IMG/VR virus record: IMGVR_UViG_3300048856_000102
Location: 1 to 52,390 of that record
Origin: a virus
Taxonomy: Duplodnaviria > Caudoviricetes
Strand: one strand, 5' to 3'
DNA length: 52,390 nt
The translations under genes and the position numbers were made by a program. This document shows positions 25,970-35,843 of the stretch, piece by piece. Position 1 is the first letter of the stretch; every line of letters starts with the position of its first letter. The notes beneath the pieces are model-generated. The model saw only the letters and a program-made list of their open reading frames with translations, was not told the origin of the DNA and made no database searches.

Positions 25970-26386
25970 ATGGCCGGAAACAAAAACAGCGGTCGCCCAG
26001 AGTTTGAGCCGACGGACGAAGAACGCGAGAAAGTCCGTGTTCTCAAGGCCGGCGCGATGTCAAATGAGGCGATAGCAGAAGTTATCGGCATATCTGAACC
26101 TACGCTGCGTAAGCATTTTTCTTCGGAACTGGATAGGGCGACTGCGAAGGTGAGGGCTGATTTGCTCATGGCTCGTTATCGATCGGCGATGGGCGGCAAC
26201 GTTTCGGCTCAGAACAAGATGATTGAACAGGTTGCAGCGGTTGATGCGCAAGCACGTCGCTCACCTGAGAAGGCGGAAAAGCCGGTGAAACTTGGCAAGA
26301 AGGAAGAGCAGAAGAATGCCGCCCAGGCGATCAGCGGCAAGTTTGCTCCACCCGAGCCGCCTAAGCTGGTCGTAGACAACCGATAA
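25970..26386 (+). CDS. Terminase small subunit
   Basis: GRP.FEPT, HTH (IAEVIGISEPTLRKHF), LGKKE; directly upstream of TerL. Confidence 0.8.
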   Translation: MAGNKNSGRPEFEPTDEEREKVRVLKAGAMSNEAIAEVIGISEPTLRKHFSSELDRATAKVRADLLMARYRSAMGGNVSAQNKMIEQVAAVDAQARRSPEKAEKPVKLGKKEEQKNAAQAISGKFAPPEPPKLVVDNR

Positions 26387-28111
26387 ATGAACGCACATCC
26401 GAATTGGAGCACCGCTTGTCCTGATTGGGAGAAGCGCATCGTAGCGCGTAAATCGTTGATACCTTGCGCTCCTTTGTTCCCATCCGAGGCGGAAGCCGCG
26501 CTTGAGGTGTTCAAATCACTCAAGGTTGTGGATCTTCCACAGACATTTGACCCGGCTACAGGAGAATATCAGTATCCAACCTTCGGTGAGGTATCGGAGG
26601 AATGGGTATTTGATTTCGTCCGAGCCGTCTTCGGAGCCTACGACGCATCAACAGCCACCAGGTTGATTGAAGAGTTCTTCCTGCTAGTCAGTAAGAAGAA
26701 CGGTAAATCAACGCTGGTTGCAGGTATAATGTTGACGGCGCTTATTCGGAACTGGCGACATTCAGCAGAATTGCTGATCCTGGCGCCAACTCGGGAAGTT
26801 GCTGACAACTCATTCAAGCCGGCGGCGGATATGGTCCGGGCAGACGCTGAGTTGGTAGACCTGCTCCACGTTCAGGACAACCTGAAGATGATCACGCACC
26901 GGCTCACGAGGGCTGTGTTGAAAGTGGTTTCTGCAGATGCGACCAGCTCGGCCGGCAAGAAGGCGGCGTTCGTACTTGTTGAGGAACTATGGCTCTTCGG
27001 CAAAAAAGCAGGTGCCAGCGCGATGTTGCAGGAAGCGACCGGCGGTCTGGTGTCCAGATCGGAAGGCTTCGTCATCTACATCACGACGCAATCGGACTCT
27101 CCACCTGCTGGTGTGTTCAAGGAAAAACTCGATTACGCCCGCTCTGTTAGAGACGGGGAGATTGAGGACAAGAGGTTTCTTCCTGTCCTGTATGAGTTTC
27201 CGAACTCCATGATCGAGAGCAAGGCATATCAGAAGCCCGCGAATTTCTACGTGACCAACCCCAATCTGGGGAAATCGGTTCGCAAAGAATGGCTGGAGCG
27301 CAAGCTGGCAGCCGTGACCAGCGGTGAAGATGAAGAAGGGGATACGATACAGACCTTTCTCGCCAAGCATCTGAACGTCGAGATTGGAATGAATCTCCGG
27401 GCCAATCGGTGGCCTGGTGCAGAGTTTTGGGACAAGCGCGTCGATAAGAGCATAACCAAGGAATACCTGTTTGAGGTCTGTGACGCGATCGTGCCGGGTC
27501 TCGACGGTGGTGGTCTGGACGATTTGTTCGGGCTCACTCTTCTCGGGCGGCACAAAGTAACCCGGCAATGGCTCTGCTGGGCGCACGCATGGTGCCACAA
27601 GGGTGTTTTGAAGCGCCGCAAGAAGATTGCTGACAGGCTGAGAGACTTTGCCAAAGCTGGTGAATTGACAATTGTTGATGACGAACTCGAAGACATCTCA
27701 GCGATCGTTGACGTCATTAGGGAAGTAAAAGATCGAGGATTGCTCGCAATGGTTGCGGTCGATGCCGCGGGCCTTGGTGAAATGATCGAAGCGCTGGACG
27801 AGATCGGCGTGACCCAAGAGGCGGGGCTGTTAATCGCTGCACCTCAAGGCTACGCCATGATGAACAGCATCAAAACAGCAGAGCGCAAGCTGTCAAACGG
27901 AACGCTGATCCACAGCGGTTCGTCGCTCATGTCGTGGTGTGTCAGCAACCTCAAGATCGAGCCGACCGCAACAGCGATCCGCGCGACGAAACAGAACGCC
28001 GGAGACGGCAAGATTGATCCTGTCATGGCTCTATTCGACGCCGTGACGGTGATGAGCAGAAATCCGGAAGTGAAGCGCGAGCCGACCTACCAGATGATCT
28101 TTGCCGCTTAG
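26387..28111 (+). CDS. Terminase large subunit (Terminase_1 family)
   Basis: Walker A SKKNGKST, Walker B VLVEELW, nuclease GLDGGGLDD, KIDPVMA. Confidence 0.95.
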   Translation: MNAHPNWSTACPDWEKRIVARKSLIPCAPLFPSEAEAALEVFKSLKVVDLPQTFDPATGEYQYPTFGEVSEEWVFDFVRAVFGAYDASTATRLIEEFFLLVSKKNGKSTLVAGIMLTALIRNWRHSAELLILAPTREVADNSFKPAADMVRADAELVDLLHVQDNLKMITHRLTRAVLKVVSADATSSAGKKAAFVLVEELWLFGKKAGASAMLQEATGGLVSRSEGFVIYITTQSDSPPAGVFKEKLDYARSVRDGEIEDKRFLPVLYEFPNSMIESKAYQKPANFYVTNPNLGKSVRKEWLERKLAAVTSGEDEEGDTIQTFLAKHLNVEIGMNLRANRWPGAEFWDKRVDKSITKEYLFEVCDAIVPGLDGGGLDDLFGLTLLGRHKVTRQWLCWAHAWCHKGVLKRRKKIADRLRDFAKAGELTIVDDELEDISAIVDVIREVKDRGLLAMVAVDAAGLGEMIEALDEIGVTQEAGLLIAAPQGYAMMNSIKTAERKLSNGTLIHSGSSLMSWCVSNLKIEPTATAIRATKQNAGDGKIDPVMALFDAVTVMSRNPEVKREPTYQMIFAA

Positions 28112-28122
28112 GAGAAACCCAA

Positions 28123-30090
28123 ATGAACCGCGCTTATTCCATCATGACCGTGAAAGCGGTCGATGAAGACCGTCGCGTCATACGCGGCACCGCCACGACA
28201 CCAAGCCCTGATCGGGTGGGTGACATCGTTGAACCCCTGGGCGTCTCCTTCAAGAACCCCATGCCACTCCTCTGGCAACACAAGAACGACAAACCAGTCG
28301 GTCTGGTGAGGTTCGACAAGCCGACAAAGGACGGGATCACGTTCGAGGCAGAGCTTCCGACGATCGAGGAGCCTGGCGCACTGAAAGATCGCATCGATGA
28401 GGCGTGGCAGTCGGTGAAAGCCGGTCTGGTCGCCGCTGTGTCGATTGGCTTCCGGGCTGTTGAATATGCATTCCTCGATGACGGCGGCATCCGCTTCGTC
28501 AAATCAGAGGTCTACGAACTCTCTTTGGTGACGATCCCGGCGAATGCCGACGCCACCATTTCACTGATCAAGTCGATTGATGCCCCAGTGCTCGCCGCGA
28601 CAGGCAATGAGCCAAAGGACAGCGATCGGCCTGTGCCTCCCGGCGTTACGGGGAAAACTACCCACAAAACGGTCAAACTCGTAAAGCCAGAAGGGAGAAA
28701 ACCAATGGCTAAATCACTCGCGGAACAGATCTCCGCATTCGAAGCCACGCGCGTTGCCAAGGCGGCTCGCATGGAAGAAATCATGGACGCAGCAGCAGAG
28801 AGCGGTGAAACGCTCGACGCTGAGCAGGAGCAGGAATATGACACGCTTGCCGGTGAGGTGAAGTCTGTCGATGCTCACCTGAAGCGTCTGCGTGACATGG
28901 AAACTGTCAAGGCAGTGTCCGCAAAGCCGGTCAATGGTGTGAAAACCACTGATGATGGTGCAAACGTACGTGCAGGTACTGTCAAAGCGCCGAAGCAGCT
29001 CGAAAAGGGCATCGAATTCGCTCAGTTCGCTATCTGCCTGGGTGCTGCGAAGGGCAACCTGATGCAGGCTGAACAGATCGCCAAGTCTCGCTTCGGCGAC
29101 AACGAGGCTCTGAACATCTCGTTGAAGGCGGCTGTTAACGCCGGCACAACCACAGACGCAACCTGGGCGGCCCCGCTGGTCGACACTTATCAGCGCTTTG
29201 CTGGTGATTTCGTTGAGTTCCTGCGGCCGCAGACTGTCATTGGTCGCTTCGGCGCCAATGGCGTTCCTTCTCTGCGTCGTGTGCCGTTCAACATCTCGAT
29301 CGTCGGGCAGACATCGGGTGGAGCGGGTTACTGGGTTGGTGAAGGCAAGCCAAAGCCGTTGACCAAGTTTGACTTCAATGAGGTCACACTGCGTTGGGCG
29401 AAGGTTGCCAACATCGCGGTCATTACCGAGGAGCTGCTGCGCTTCAGCAATCCGTCGGCGGAAGCGCTTGTCCGTGATCAGCTTGCTGCTGCTCTCATTG
29501 CCAAGCTCGACGTTGACTTCCTCGATCCTGCGAAGGCTGCTGTGGCCAACGTCTCTCCGGCGTCGATCACGAACGGTGTGACGCCGATCGCATCGAGCGG
29601 CAATGACGCTGATGCCATCCGCGCCGATGTTCAGGCTCTCTTTGCCGCATACATCGCTGCGAATATGACTCCGGCTAGTGGTGTGTGGATCATGTCCGCA
29701 ACGACTGCTCTCGCGCTGTCGATGCTGACCAACCCTCTTGGCCAGCCTGAGTTCCCCGGCGTCACGATGAATGGCGGCACCTTCTGGGGTATGCCAGTGA
29801 TCGTCACTGAGTACACTCCGGACGGCTATGTCATCCTCGCCAATGCTTCGGACATCTTCCTAGCCGACGATGGCCAGGTTGTTATCGACGCAAGCCGTGA
29901 GGCATCCCTGCAGATGGACGATGCGCCGACCAACGCATCCAATCCAGCAACAGCCACGACGGTTGTCTCGATGTTCCAGACCAACAGCGTGGCAATCCGC
30001 GCTGAACGCTGGATCAACTGGCAGAAGCGCCGCCCGCAGGCCGTTCAGGTCCTGTCCGGCGTTGCTTGGGGACAGCCAGTCGTTCCGTAA
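28123..30090 (+). CDS. Fused HK97 prohead protease and major capsid protein
   Basis: PLLWQH...SIGF...ELSLVTIPAN protease followed by capsid (WVGEGKPKP, SMFQTNSVAIRAERWINW). Confidence 0.92.
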   Translation: MNRAYSIMTVKAVDEDRRVIRGTATTPSPDRVGDIVEPLGVSFKNPMPLLWQHKNDKPVGLVRFDKPTKDGITFEAELPTIEEPGALKDRIDEAWQSVKAGLVAAVSIGFRAVEYAFLDDGGIRFVKSEVYELSLVTIPANADATISLIKSIDAPVLAATGNEPKDSDRPVPPGVTGKTTHKTVKLVKPEGRKPMAKSLAEQISAFEATRVAKAARMEEIMDAAAESGETLDAEQEQEYDTLAGEVKSVDAHLKRLRDMETVKAVSAKPVNGVKTTDDGANVRAGTVKAPKQLEKGIEFAQFAICLGAAKGNLMQAEQIAKSRFGDNEALNISLKAAVNAGTTTDATWAAPLVDTYQRFAGDFVEFLRPQTVIGRFGANGVPSLRRVPFNISIVGQTSGGAGYWVGEGKPKPLTKFDFNEVTLRWAKVANIAVITEELLRFSNPSAEALVRDQLAAALIAKLDVDFLDPAKAAVANVSPASITNGVTPIASSGNDADAIRADVQALFAAYIAANMTPASGVWIMSATTALALSMLTNPLGQPEFPGVTMNGGTFWGMPVIVTEYTPDGYVILANASDIFLADDGQVVIDASREASLQMDDAPTNASNPATATTVVSMFQTNSVAIRAERWINWQKRRPQAVQVLSGVAWGQPVVP

Positions 30091-30108
30091 GCAGTAAGCA
30101 ATGCAACT

Positions 30109-30138
30109 CTGGCCGGGGGAAACTCCGGCCAGCTTCTT
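30109..30138 (+). terminator. Hairpin after the capsid gene (weak terminator or mRNA stabiliser)
   Basis: CTGGCCGGGG-GAAA-CTCCGGCCAG followed by CTTCTT. Confidence 0.5.
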
Positions 30139-30155
30139 CAACTGGAGTGATCGCT

Positions 30156-30398
30156 ATGAAAACTGGTAACGGCTACATGACCCGCGCCTTGAAGTCGAAC
30201 GATCCGCGATACGCACGGGTTCTTTCAAAGCTGGGCTACAATCGCTCCGACATGGTTGCTGAGAAGGCTGTTCCAGCTAAGCAATCAAGCCTTGCTGAGC
30301 TCCGCGCTGAATATCAGCGGATTGTCGGCAAGCGTCCCTTCAATGGTTGGGATGCATCCGAGCTTCGCGCCAAAATTACTGCCGCCAAAGGAGAATAG
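30156..30398 (+). CDS. Small head-module protein
   Basis: GGAG RBS; LRAEY...GKRPF.GWD..ELRAKI motif. Confidence 0.7.
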   Translation: MKTGNGYMTRALKSNDPRYARVLSKLGYNRSDMVAEKAVPAKQSSLAELRAEYQRIVGKRPFNGWDASELRAKITAAKGE

Positions 30399-30401
30399 TT
30401 G

Positions 30402-31736
30402 ATGCGCCTCTTTGGCCTGAACATCACGCGCGAAAAGGCGCTCTCCGGCGTCGACAATCGCGGCGGATGGTGGCCGTGGGTACGCGAGCCCTTTCCAGGC
30501 GCGTGGCAGCAGAATGTCGAGATCAAGTATGACTCCGTCCTGTCGTATCATGCTGACTTTGCCTGCCGGACGCTGATCGCCTCCGACATTGCCAAACTGC
30601 GGATCAAGCTTGTCGCACAGGATAGAGACGGCATCTGGAGTGAGACCAAGAGCGCGGCCTATTCGCCGGTGCTTCGCAAGCCGAACGACTTTCAGAACCG
30701 CATTCAGTTCATGGAATCATGGGTGCTGTCGAAGCTACAGAAAGGGAACACCTATGTTCTCAAGCAGCGCGATATGCGCGGTGTGGTGGTCAAGCTCTAT
30801 GTGCTCGATCCGACCCGCACTACGCCGCTCGTTGCGGATGATGGAAGCGTTTTCTACCAGTTGAGCACCGACAATTTGTCTGGTGTTGAGAACGGCCTCA
30901 TCGTGCCAGCGCGCGAGATCATTCACGACCGGTTCAACTGCTTCTTCCATCCTCTTGTTGGCCTATCGCCGATCTTTGCCGGCGGGCTTGCTGCCATGCA
31001 TGGACTGGCGATACAGAATAGCTCGACCTCATTCTTTTCGAACGGCTCGCAGCCGAGCGGTGTGTTGACGGCGCCCGGCTCAATTAGCGATGAGACAGCA
31101 GAGCGTTTGAAGACAGCTTGGAAAGAGAAGTTCAGCGGCAAAAACGCCGGTAACGTCGCTGTTCTGGGTGATAATCTCAAATACGAGCCGATGACTGCCA
31201 AGGCTACGGATTCACAGCTTATCGAGCAGTTGAAGTGGACCGCCGAAGTGGTCTGCTCGACCTATCACGTGCCGCCTTACAAGATCGGTGTCGGCGCTGT
31301 TCCGGCCAATGCAAACGTTCAGGCGCTCAATCTCGAATATTATACCCAGTGCCTACAAATCCTGCTCGAATCCATTGAGCTTTGCCTGGATGAAGGACTT
31401 GGGACAGGTGAGGGCCTTGGAACTGAGTTCGACACTGACAATCTGCTGCGCATGGACAGCGTCACTCAGATGGAAGTGCTGGACAAGTCCAAAGGCATCA
31501 TGACACCGAACGAACAGCGCAAGAAGCTCGACCTTAGGCCCAAGCCTGGCGGCGAAAGCCCGATGCTCCAACAGCAGAATTTCTCGCTGGAGGCTTTGGC
31601 CAAGCGTGATACGCAGGCTGATCCGTTTGGAAATGACACGACATCGGCACCCGTAACCGAAACCGACAAGCAATTCAGCCCTGAGCGCGCAAAGACTATT
31701 TTCGCTGGGCGCCGTGAATTTCGAAAGGCTGCATAA
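30402..31736 (+). CDS. Portal protein, HK97 family
   Basis: LIASDIAKL, RKPN.FQ, GLSPI, FFSNGSQPSGVL, YHVPPYKIG, MTPNEQR. Confidence 0.93.
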   Translation: MRLFGLNITREKALSGVDNRGGWWPWVREPFPGAWQQNVEIKYDSVLSYHADFACRTLIASDIAKLRIKLVAQDRDGIWSETKSAAYSPVLRKPNDFQNRIQFMESWVLSKLQKGNTYVLKQRDMRGVVVKLYVLDPTRTTPLVADDGSVFYQLSTDNLSGVENGLIVPAREIIHDRFNCFFHPLVGLSPIFAGGLAAMHGLAIQNSSTSFFSNGSQPSGVLTAPGSISDETAERLKTAWKEKFSGKNAGNVAVLGDNLKYEPMTAKATDSQLIEQLKWTAEVVCSTYHVPPYKIGVGAVPANANVQALNLEYYTQCLQILLESIELCLDEGLGTGEGLGTEFDTDNLLRMDSVTQMEVLDKSKGIMTPNEQRKKLDLRPKPGGESPMLQQQNFSLEALAKRDTQADPFGNDTTSAPVTETDKQFSPERAKTIFAGRREFRKAA

Positions 31737-32866
31737 TGAACTTCCAAGAGGCGTTTGACGCAGGATTTGATGCCGTCAAAACTTACGTAGAGCGTTCGTT
31801 CGACGCCTATGAAACCCGGTTGGCTTTTCTAGAACACCGATTGGATAACTTGCCGGCGCCAAAAGACGGCAAAGATGCCGATATGGATGAAGTTCGCACG
31901 ATTATCTCAGACAAGATTGGCGAACTAAAATCCGCCATTGACGCTATCGAGCCGGTTCCTGAATTACCCGATATTTCGGCAATGGTTGACGCCGCTATTG
32001 ATGCTCGCTTGTCAGTAAAGGACATGGACAAGAGTATCGAAGATGTTGTTCGGATGGTGGTGGCCGAAATTCCTGTTCCAAAGGACGGGATTGATGGCAA
32101 GGATATTGACCCAGAATTCATCAAGACTTTGGTTGATGATGCTGTAAAGGCGATCCCATCCCCACAGGACGGCAAAAGCGTCACTATCGAAGATGTTGCA
32201 CCGCTCATAACCGCAGAGGTCGAGAAGCGCGTCAGCGACCTTCCTGTGCCGAAAGATGGCAAGGACGGGATTGATGGTCGCGACGGTATAGACGGAAAAG
32301 ACGGATTGCCGGGCATAAGGGGCATTGACGGGGCCGACGGGAAAGACGGGCTCGGCTTGGCCGGTGCTATGATTGACCGATCAGGCGAACTCGTTGTGAC
32401 CCTGACCAATGGCGAAATCAAAAACCTCGGGCCCGTCGTTGGCAAAGACGTCGACGAAGCTGCAGTGATGCGCACCATTGAAGCCAAGTTCGAGGCACTG
32501 CCGAAGGCGAAGGATGGTATCGATGGATTGGGCTTCGACGACTTTGAGGCGACATTCGATGGCGGAAAGACCGTCACGCTATCATTCAAGCAAGGCGAAC
32601 GGGTCAAGACCTTCGATTTCATATTGCCGATCATGGTTTACCGCGGCGTGTTCAAGGAAGGTGAGAAATACACCACTGGCGACACTGTGACCTGGGGCGG
32701 CTCGCTGTGGCATTGCGGAGAAGACACGAGCGACAAGCCGGAGACGACGAAGGCATGGACGCTGGCAGCCAAGCGCGGCCGGGATGGCAAGGATGCAGTA
32801 GTCCGGACCATCGAGACAAAGCCTATCGTGCGTGTCGGTGTTGCGAGCAAGAAGGAAGTCAACTGA
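31736..32866 (+). CDS. Head-associated protein with collagen-like KDGxDG repeats
   Basis: Repeated PKDGKD/GIDG; YRGVF...GDTVTWGGSLWHC...WTLAAKRGRDG. Confidence 0.85.
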   Translation: MNFQEAFDAGFDAVKTYVERSFDAYETRLAFLEHRLDNLPAPKDGKDADMDEVRTIISDKIGELKSAIDAIEPVPELPDISAMVDAAIDARLSVKDMDKSIEDVVRMVVAEIPVPKDGIDGKDIDPEFIKTLVDDAVKAIPSPQDGKSVTIEDVAPLITAEVEKRVSDLPVPKDGKDGIDGRDGIDGKDGLPGIRGIDGADGKDGLGLAGAMIDRSGELVVTLTNGEIKNLGPVVGKDVDEAAVMRTIEAKFEALPKAKDGIDGLGFDDFEATFDGGKTVTLSFKQGERVKTFDFILPIMVYRGVFKEGEKYTTGDTVTWGGSLWHCGEDTSDKPETTKAWTLAAKRGRDGKDAVVRTIETKPIVRVGVASKKEVN

Positions 32867-33159
32867 TGGTTGAACTTGCCACGCTCGAACAGGTGAAGCT
32901 CGCGCTGAAGGTTGATGCGGATGATGATGATGCCACTCTGGAATTGTTGATCAAGGCAGCGTCGGAGAGGATCGCTGGCTATATAAAAACGGACATGGCC
33001 AATCCCGTGCCAGACGCTGTGGTTGTCTCAACGATTATGCTTGTCGGATATATGTATAAAAATCCCGATAGCGATCCCTACAAGGACTTCCACCTTGGTA
33101 AGCTGCCGTATCCGGTGACGTCGCTGATTTACCACCTTCGCGATCCCGCTCTCGCATGA
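32866..33159 (+). CDS. Head-tail connector (gp6-like)
   Basis: TLEQVK..LKVD..DDD..LE.LI.AAS. Confidence 0.85.
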   Translation: MVELATLEQVKLALKVDADDDDATLELLIKAASERIAGYIKTDMANPVPDAVVVSTIMLVGYMYKNPDSDPYKDFHLGKLPYPVTSLIYHLRDPALA

Positions 33160-33172
33160 CCTTTGGAGATAT

Positions 33173-33523
33173 GTGATGGCGGCTACGCTCTCGGCTGGCA
33201 GTCTTGATCGAAAGATCACGATTCAGCGTTTCACGTCGACGGTGAACGAATACAATGAACCGGTTCAGGTATGGACTGACTTCATATCGTACCGCGCCCA
33301 GCGCAAGGATGTGTCGGACGGTGAGAAATATGCCGCCGGTGCAATCGGTTCGTCTCTCCGTTCCCGTTTCATCATTCGATCGACAGTCGATAGCCGCACC
33401 GTCACGCCGGTGGACCGACTTGTTCACGACGGCTTTACTTGGAACATCCTCGGCGTGAAGCAGTCCGACCAGGCGCGTGACCGCTTCATCGAGATCACGG
33501 CAGAGCGCAGGGCAGAGCCATAA
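33173..33523 (+). CDS. Head closure protein (SPP1 gp16-like)
   Basis: AGSLDRKITIQR...NEYNE...W. Confidence 0.85.
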   Translation: MMAATLSAGSLDRKITIQRFTSTVNEYNEPVQVWTDFISYRAQRKDVSDGEKYAAGAIGSSLRSRFIIRSTVDSRTVTPVDRLVHDGFTWNILGVKQSDQARDRFIEITAERRAEP

Positions 33524-33972
33524 TGGCGCGCCGCGTTCATGTGGATGGCCTGAAGGAGCTTGATAAAGCTCTTGGTCAGCTTCCAAAGGCCACAGCCAAA
33601 TCTGTTCTGCGCCGAGTCCTCAAGGATGCAGGAGAGCCAATTGCGCGGGCAGCTCGTCGGAATGCACCTATCGGTGACACTCATCATCTTCAGGAAAGCA
33701 TCGACGTGTCGACCAAATTGTCTAAACGGCAGCGAGCGCTTCACAAGGAAGCGGGCGGAAAAGCGTTTCAGGAGATGTTCGTCGGTACCAATGACCCGGC
33801 CGGCGTACAGCAAGAATTCGGCAACGAAAACCACGGTGCGCAGCCATTCATGCGACCGGCTTGGGATTCGGAACAGGACAAGGCGCTCGAGATCATCGCC
33901 AACCAGCTTTGGACCGAGATCAAGGCTGGCGCCAAACGGGTAGCAAAGAGCAAAGCAAGGGCATCACGATAA
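33523..33972 (+). CDS. HK97 gp10-like tail completion protein
   Basis: GLKEL...EFG......AQPFMRPAWD. Confidence 0.88.
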   Translation: MARRVHVDGLKELDKALGQLPKATAKSVLRRVLKDAGEPIARAARRNAPIGDTHHLQESIDVSTKLSKRQRALHKEAGGKAFQEMFVGTNDPAGVQQEFGNENHGAQPFMRPAWDSEQDKALEIIANQLWTEIKAGAKRVAKSKARASR

Positions 33973-34367
33973 TGGAAGCTGCTCTTATCGCTCTGTTGCT
34001 TGCCGATCCTGGCGTGACCGCGGCTCTGTCGACACGCATCAATTGGGGCCGGAAACCTCAAGATGTCACCGTCAAGCCATATGCGGTCCTGCAGAAGATC
34101 AGCGGACTGCCCGACTACACCATGCGCGCACCGTCTGGATTGATTTCCAGCCGCATACAGATCGATTTCTACGGTGACACCTACACATCGACGCGGAAGG
34201 CTGCGAACGCTGTCACGGCCCTTCTGTCCGGGTATTCGGGCACCGTTTCCGGCAAGCTCTTCCAAGGCGTCTTTCAGGACTCCGATCGAGACTTACCCGC
34301 AGCGGACGCGGGCGACACCACAACGTTATTCCGCACTTCCATCGACTTCATCATCTGGCACGATTAG
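33972..34367 (+). CDS. Tail terminator (DUF3168-like)
   Basis: RIQIDFYG..Y; position after gp10. Confidence 0.8.
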   Translation: MEAALIALLLADPGVTAALSTRINWGRKPQDVTVKPYAVLQKISGLPDYTMRAPSGLISSRIQIDFYGDTYTSTRKAANAVTALLSGYSGTVSGKLFQGVFQDSDRDLPAADAGDTTTLFRTSIDFIIWHD

Positions 34368-34376
34368 GAGAATCCA

Positions 34377-34802
34377 ATGGCCGAAACCGAAGCAATGATT
34401 GGCTATGGCAGCCTGTTCGCCATGGCTGACCCCGAAACCCCAACCGTGTTCGTAGACATCGCTGAAGTCTATGACATCACTCCACCATCGGACACTGACG
34501 ATCTGGTCGACGCAACCCACATGCAGAGCCCGAACCGCACACGCGAGTTCATTGCGGGCCTGACTGATCCGGGTGAATGCTCGTTCGAGATGAACTTCGT
34601 TCCGGGTTCTGCTGCCGATCTGGCCATCCAGGCAGCCAAGGGCAAGCGGATGATCTGCCGCATTACCTTCCCGAATGAGGTCACTTGGACCTTCACCGGC
34701 ATCCGGCAGGGTTACGAGCCGGCAGTCCCGAACGAAGACAAGATGACGGCGACCGTTACATTCAAGGTCTCTGGTCCTCACGTCAACGGCGTTGCGGCAT
34801 AG
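34377..34802 (+). CDS. Major tail (tube) protein
   Basis: DATHMQSP.RTREFIAGL.DPGE...TFKVSG. Confidence 0.88.
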   Translation: MAETEAMIGYGSLFAMADPETPTVFVDIAEVYDITPPSDTDDLVDATHMQSPNRTREFIAGLTDPGECSFEMNFVPGSAADLAIQAAKGKRMICRITFPNEVTWTFTGIRQGYEPAVPNEDKMTATVTFKVSGPHVNGVAA

Positions 34803-34809
34803 GTGATTG

Positions 34810-35163
34810 ATGGCTAATCCACACCGGGGCCAAGTGGCCTTCAAGGCGGGCGACAAGGAATATACCTTGTCGTTTTCCATCAATGCGATGTGCGAGCTTG
34901 AGGATCACCTCGAGCTTTCCATCAACCAGATCGCGAACAAGGTCCAAGACCCGTCGCAGATGAAAATGAGCTACTTGCGCGCTATCATTTGGGCTGCCCT
35001 TCAGGACAATCATCCGGACATCGATCTGAAGACAGCCGGCGCTATCGCCTCTGAAGCAGGAGCGGTCGCGGTGATGGATGCGATCAAGGCATGTTTCGTC
35101 GCAGCATTCCCGGAACTGGAGGCAGGCAAGAAGTCGGACCCCAGGAAGGCAGCGAGGGCATAG
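34810..35163 (+). CDS. Tail assembly chaperone (G, GTA gp10-like)
   Basis: MANPHRGQV...YTL.FS.NA.CELE. Confidence 0.8.
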   Translation: MANPHRGQVAFKAGDKEYTLSFSINAMCELEDHLELSINQIANKVQDPSQMKMSYLRAIIWAALQDNHPDIDLKTAGAIASEAGAVAVMDAIKACFVAAFPELEAGKKSDPRKAARA

Positions 35164-35459
35164 ACTGGCTTTCGCTGCATATTGGCTGGGTAGCCGCTGG
35201 AGAGGACAGCGAACGCTTCTGGCGGCTAACTCTGCGTGAAGTCAAAAGGGTGTTGAGCGGGCACCTTGAGCGAACACGTGTCAGGCGGAATGAGTTGATT
35301 TTTCTCGCATGGCATTCGGCAATGTTTCAGCGGTCCAAGAAGATGCCGAAGTTGAAAGACGTTGTAAGGTCTATCTCTCCCAAGACAAAGCGTCGTCAGA
35401 CGGTCGAGGAACAGATTGCAATTGCCATGCACTGGACGAACAGGCTTACCAAGCACTAG
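35091..35459 (+). CDS. Tail assembly chaperone T portion (-1 frame extension)
   Basis: Overlaps G in the -1 frame; FWRLTLRE...LAWH motif; no good own start. Confidence 0.65.
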   Translation: MFRRSIPGTGGRQEVGPQEGSEGIDWLSLHIGWVAAGEDSERFWRLTLREVKRVLSGHLERTRVRRNELIFLAWHSAMFQRSKKMPKLKDVVRSISPKTKRRQTVEEQIAIAMHWTNRLTKH

Positions 35460-35782
35460 TCTTTAAGTTGCTCGATATCGGCCTCGGCATCCTTCAGTAA
35501 GCCTTTGCAATCTTGCTTCGCAATGGGCTTGTCTGTGGTGACTGTCCCATGGCGCAACGCCTTGTCCAGCGCTGACACATCTTTGACCTTATAGGAAGTG
35601 TCTGGATCCGCCTTCATTATCGCCCGGCGGGCAGTCCCCATCCTGACCTCATAGATTTTTTCATCCTCGCAAACGAATGAGAGTTTCATGAAGTCCAAAT
35701 ACGATTTGACGATCTGGTCATTCTTCTGAACGTCACCAGGCGTTGAAGCCACCAACCCCAAAAACAACAGAACATTTAGCAT
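35456..35782 (-). CDS. Exported protein moron
   Basis: Signal-like N-terminus, two Cys, GGGAG RBS; antisense to the tail operon. Confidence 0.7.
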   Translation of the reverse strand: MLNVLLFLGLVASTPGDVQKNDQIVKSYLDFMKLSFVCEDEKIYEVRMGTARRAIMKADPDTSYKVKDVSALDKALRHGTVTTDKPIAKQDCKGLLKDAEADIEQLKD

Positions 35783-35843
35783 TCCGAACTCCCCTCAGTG
35801 GAGCGCGGACGCTATCGCATGATATAATCCGGAGCAATATCCC

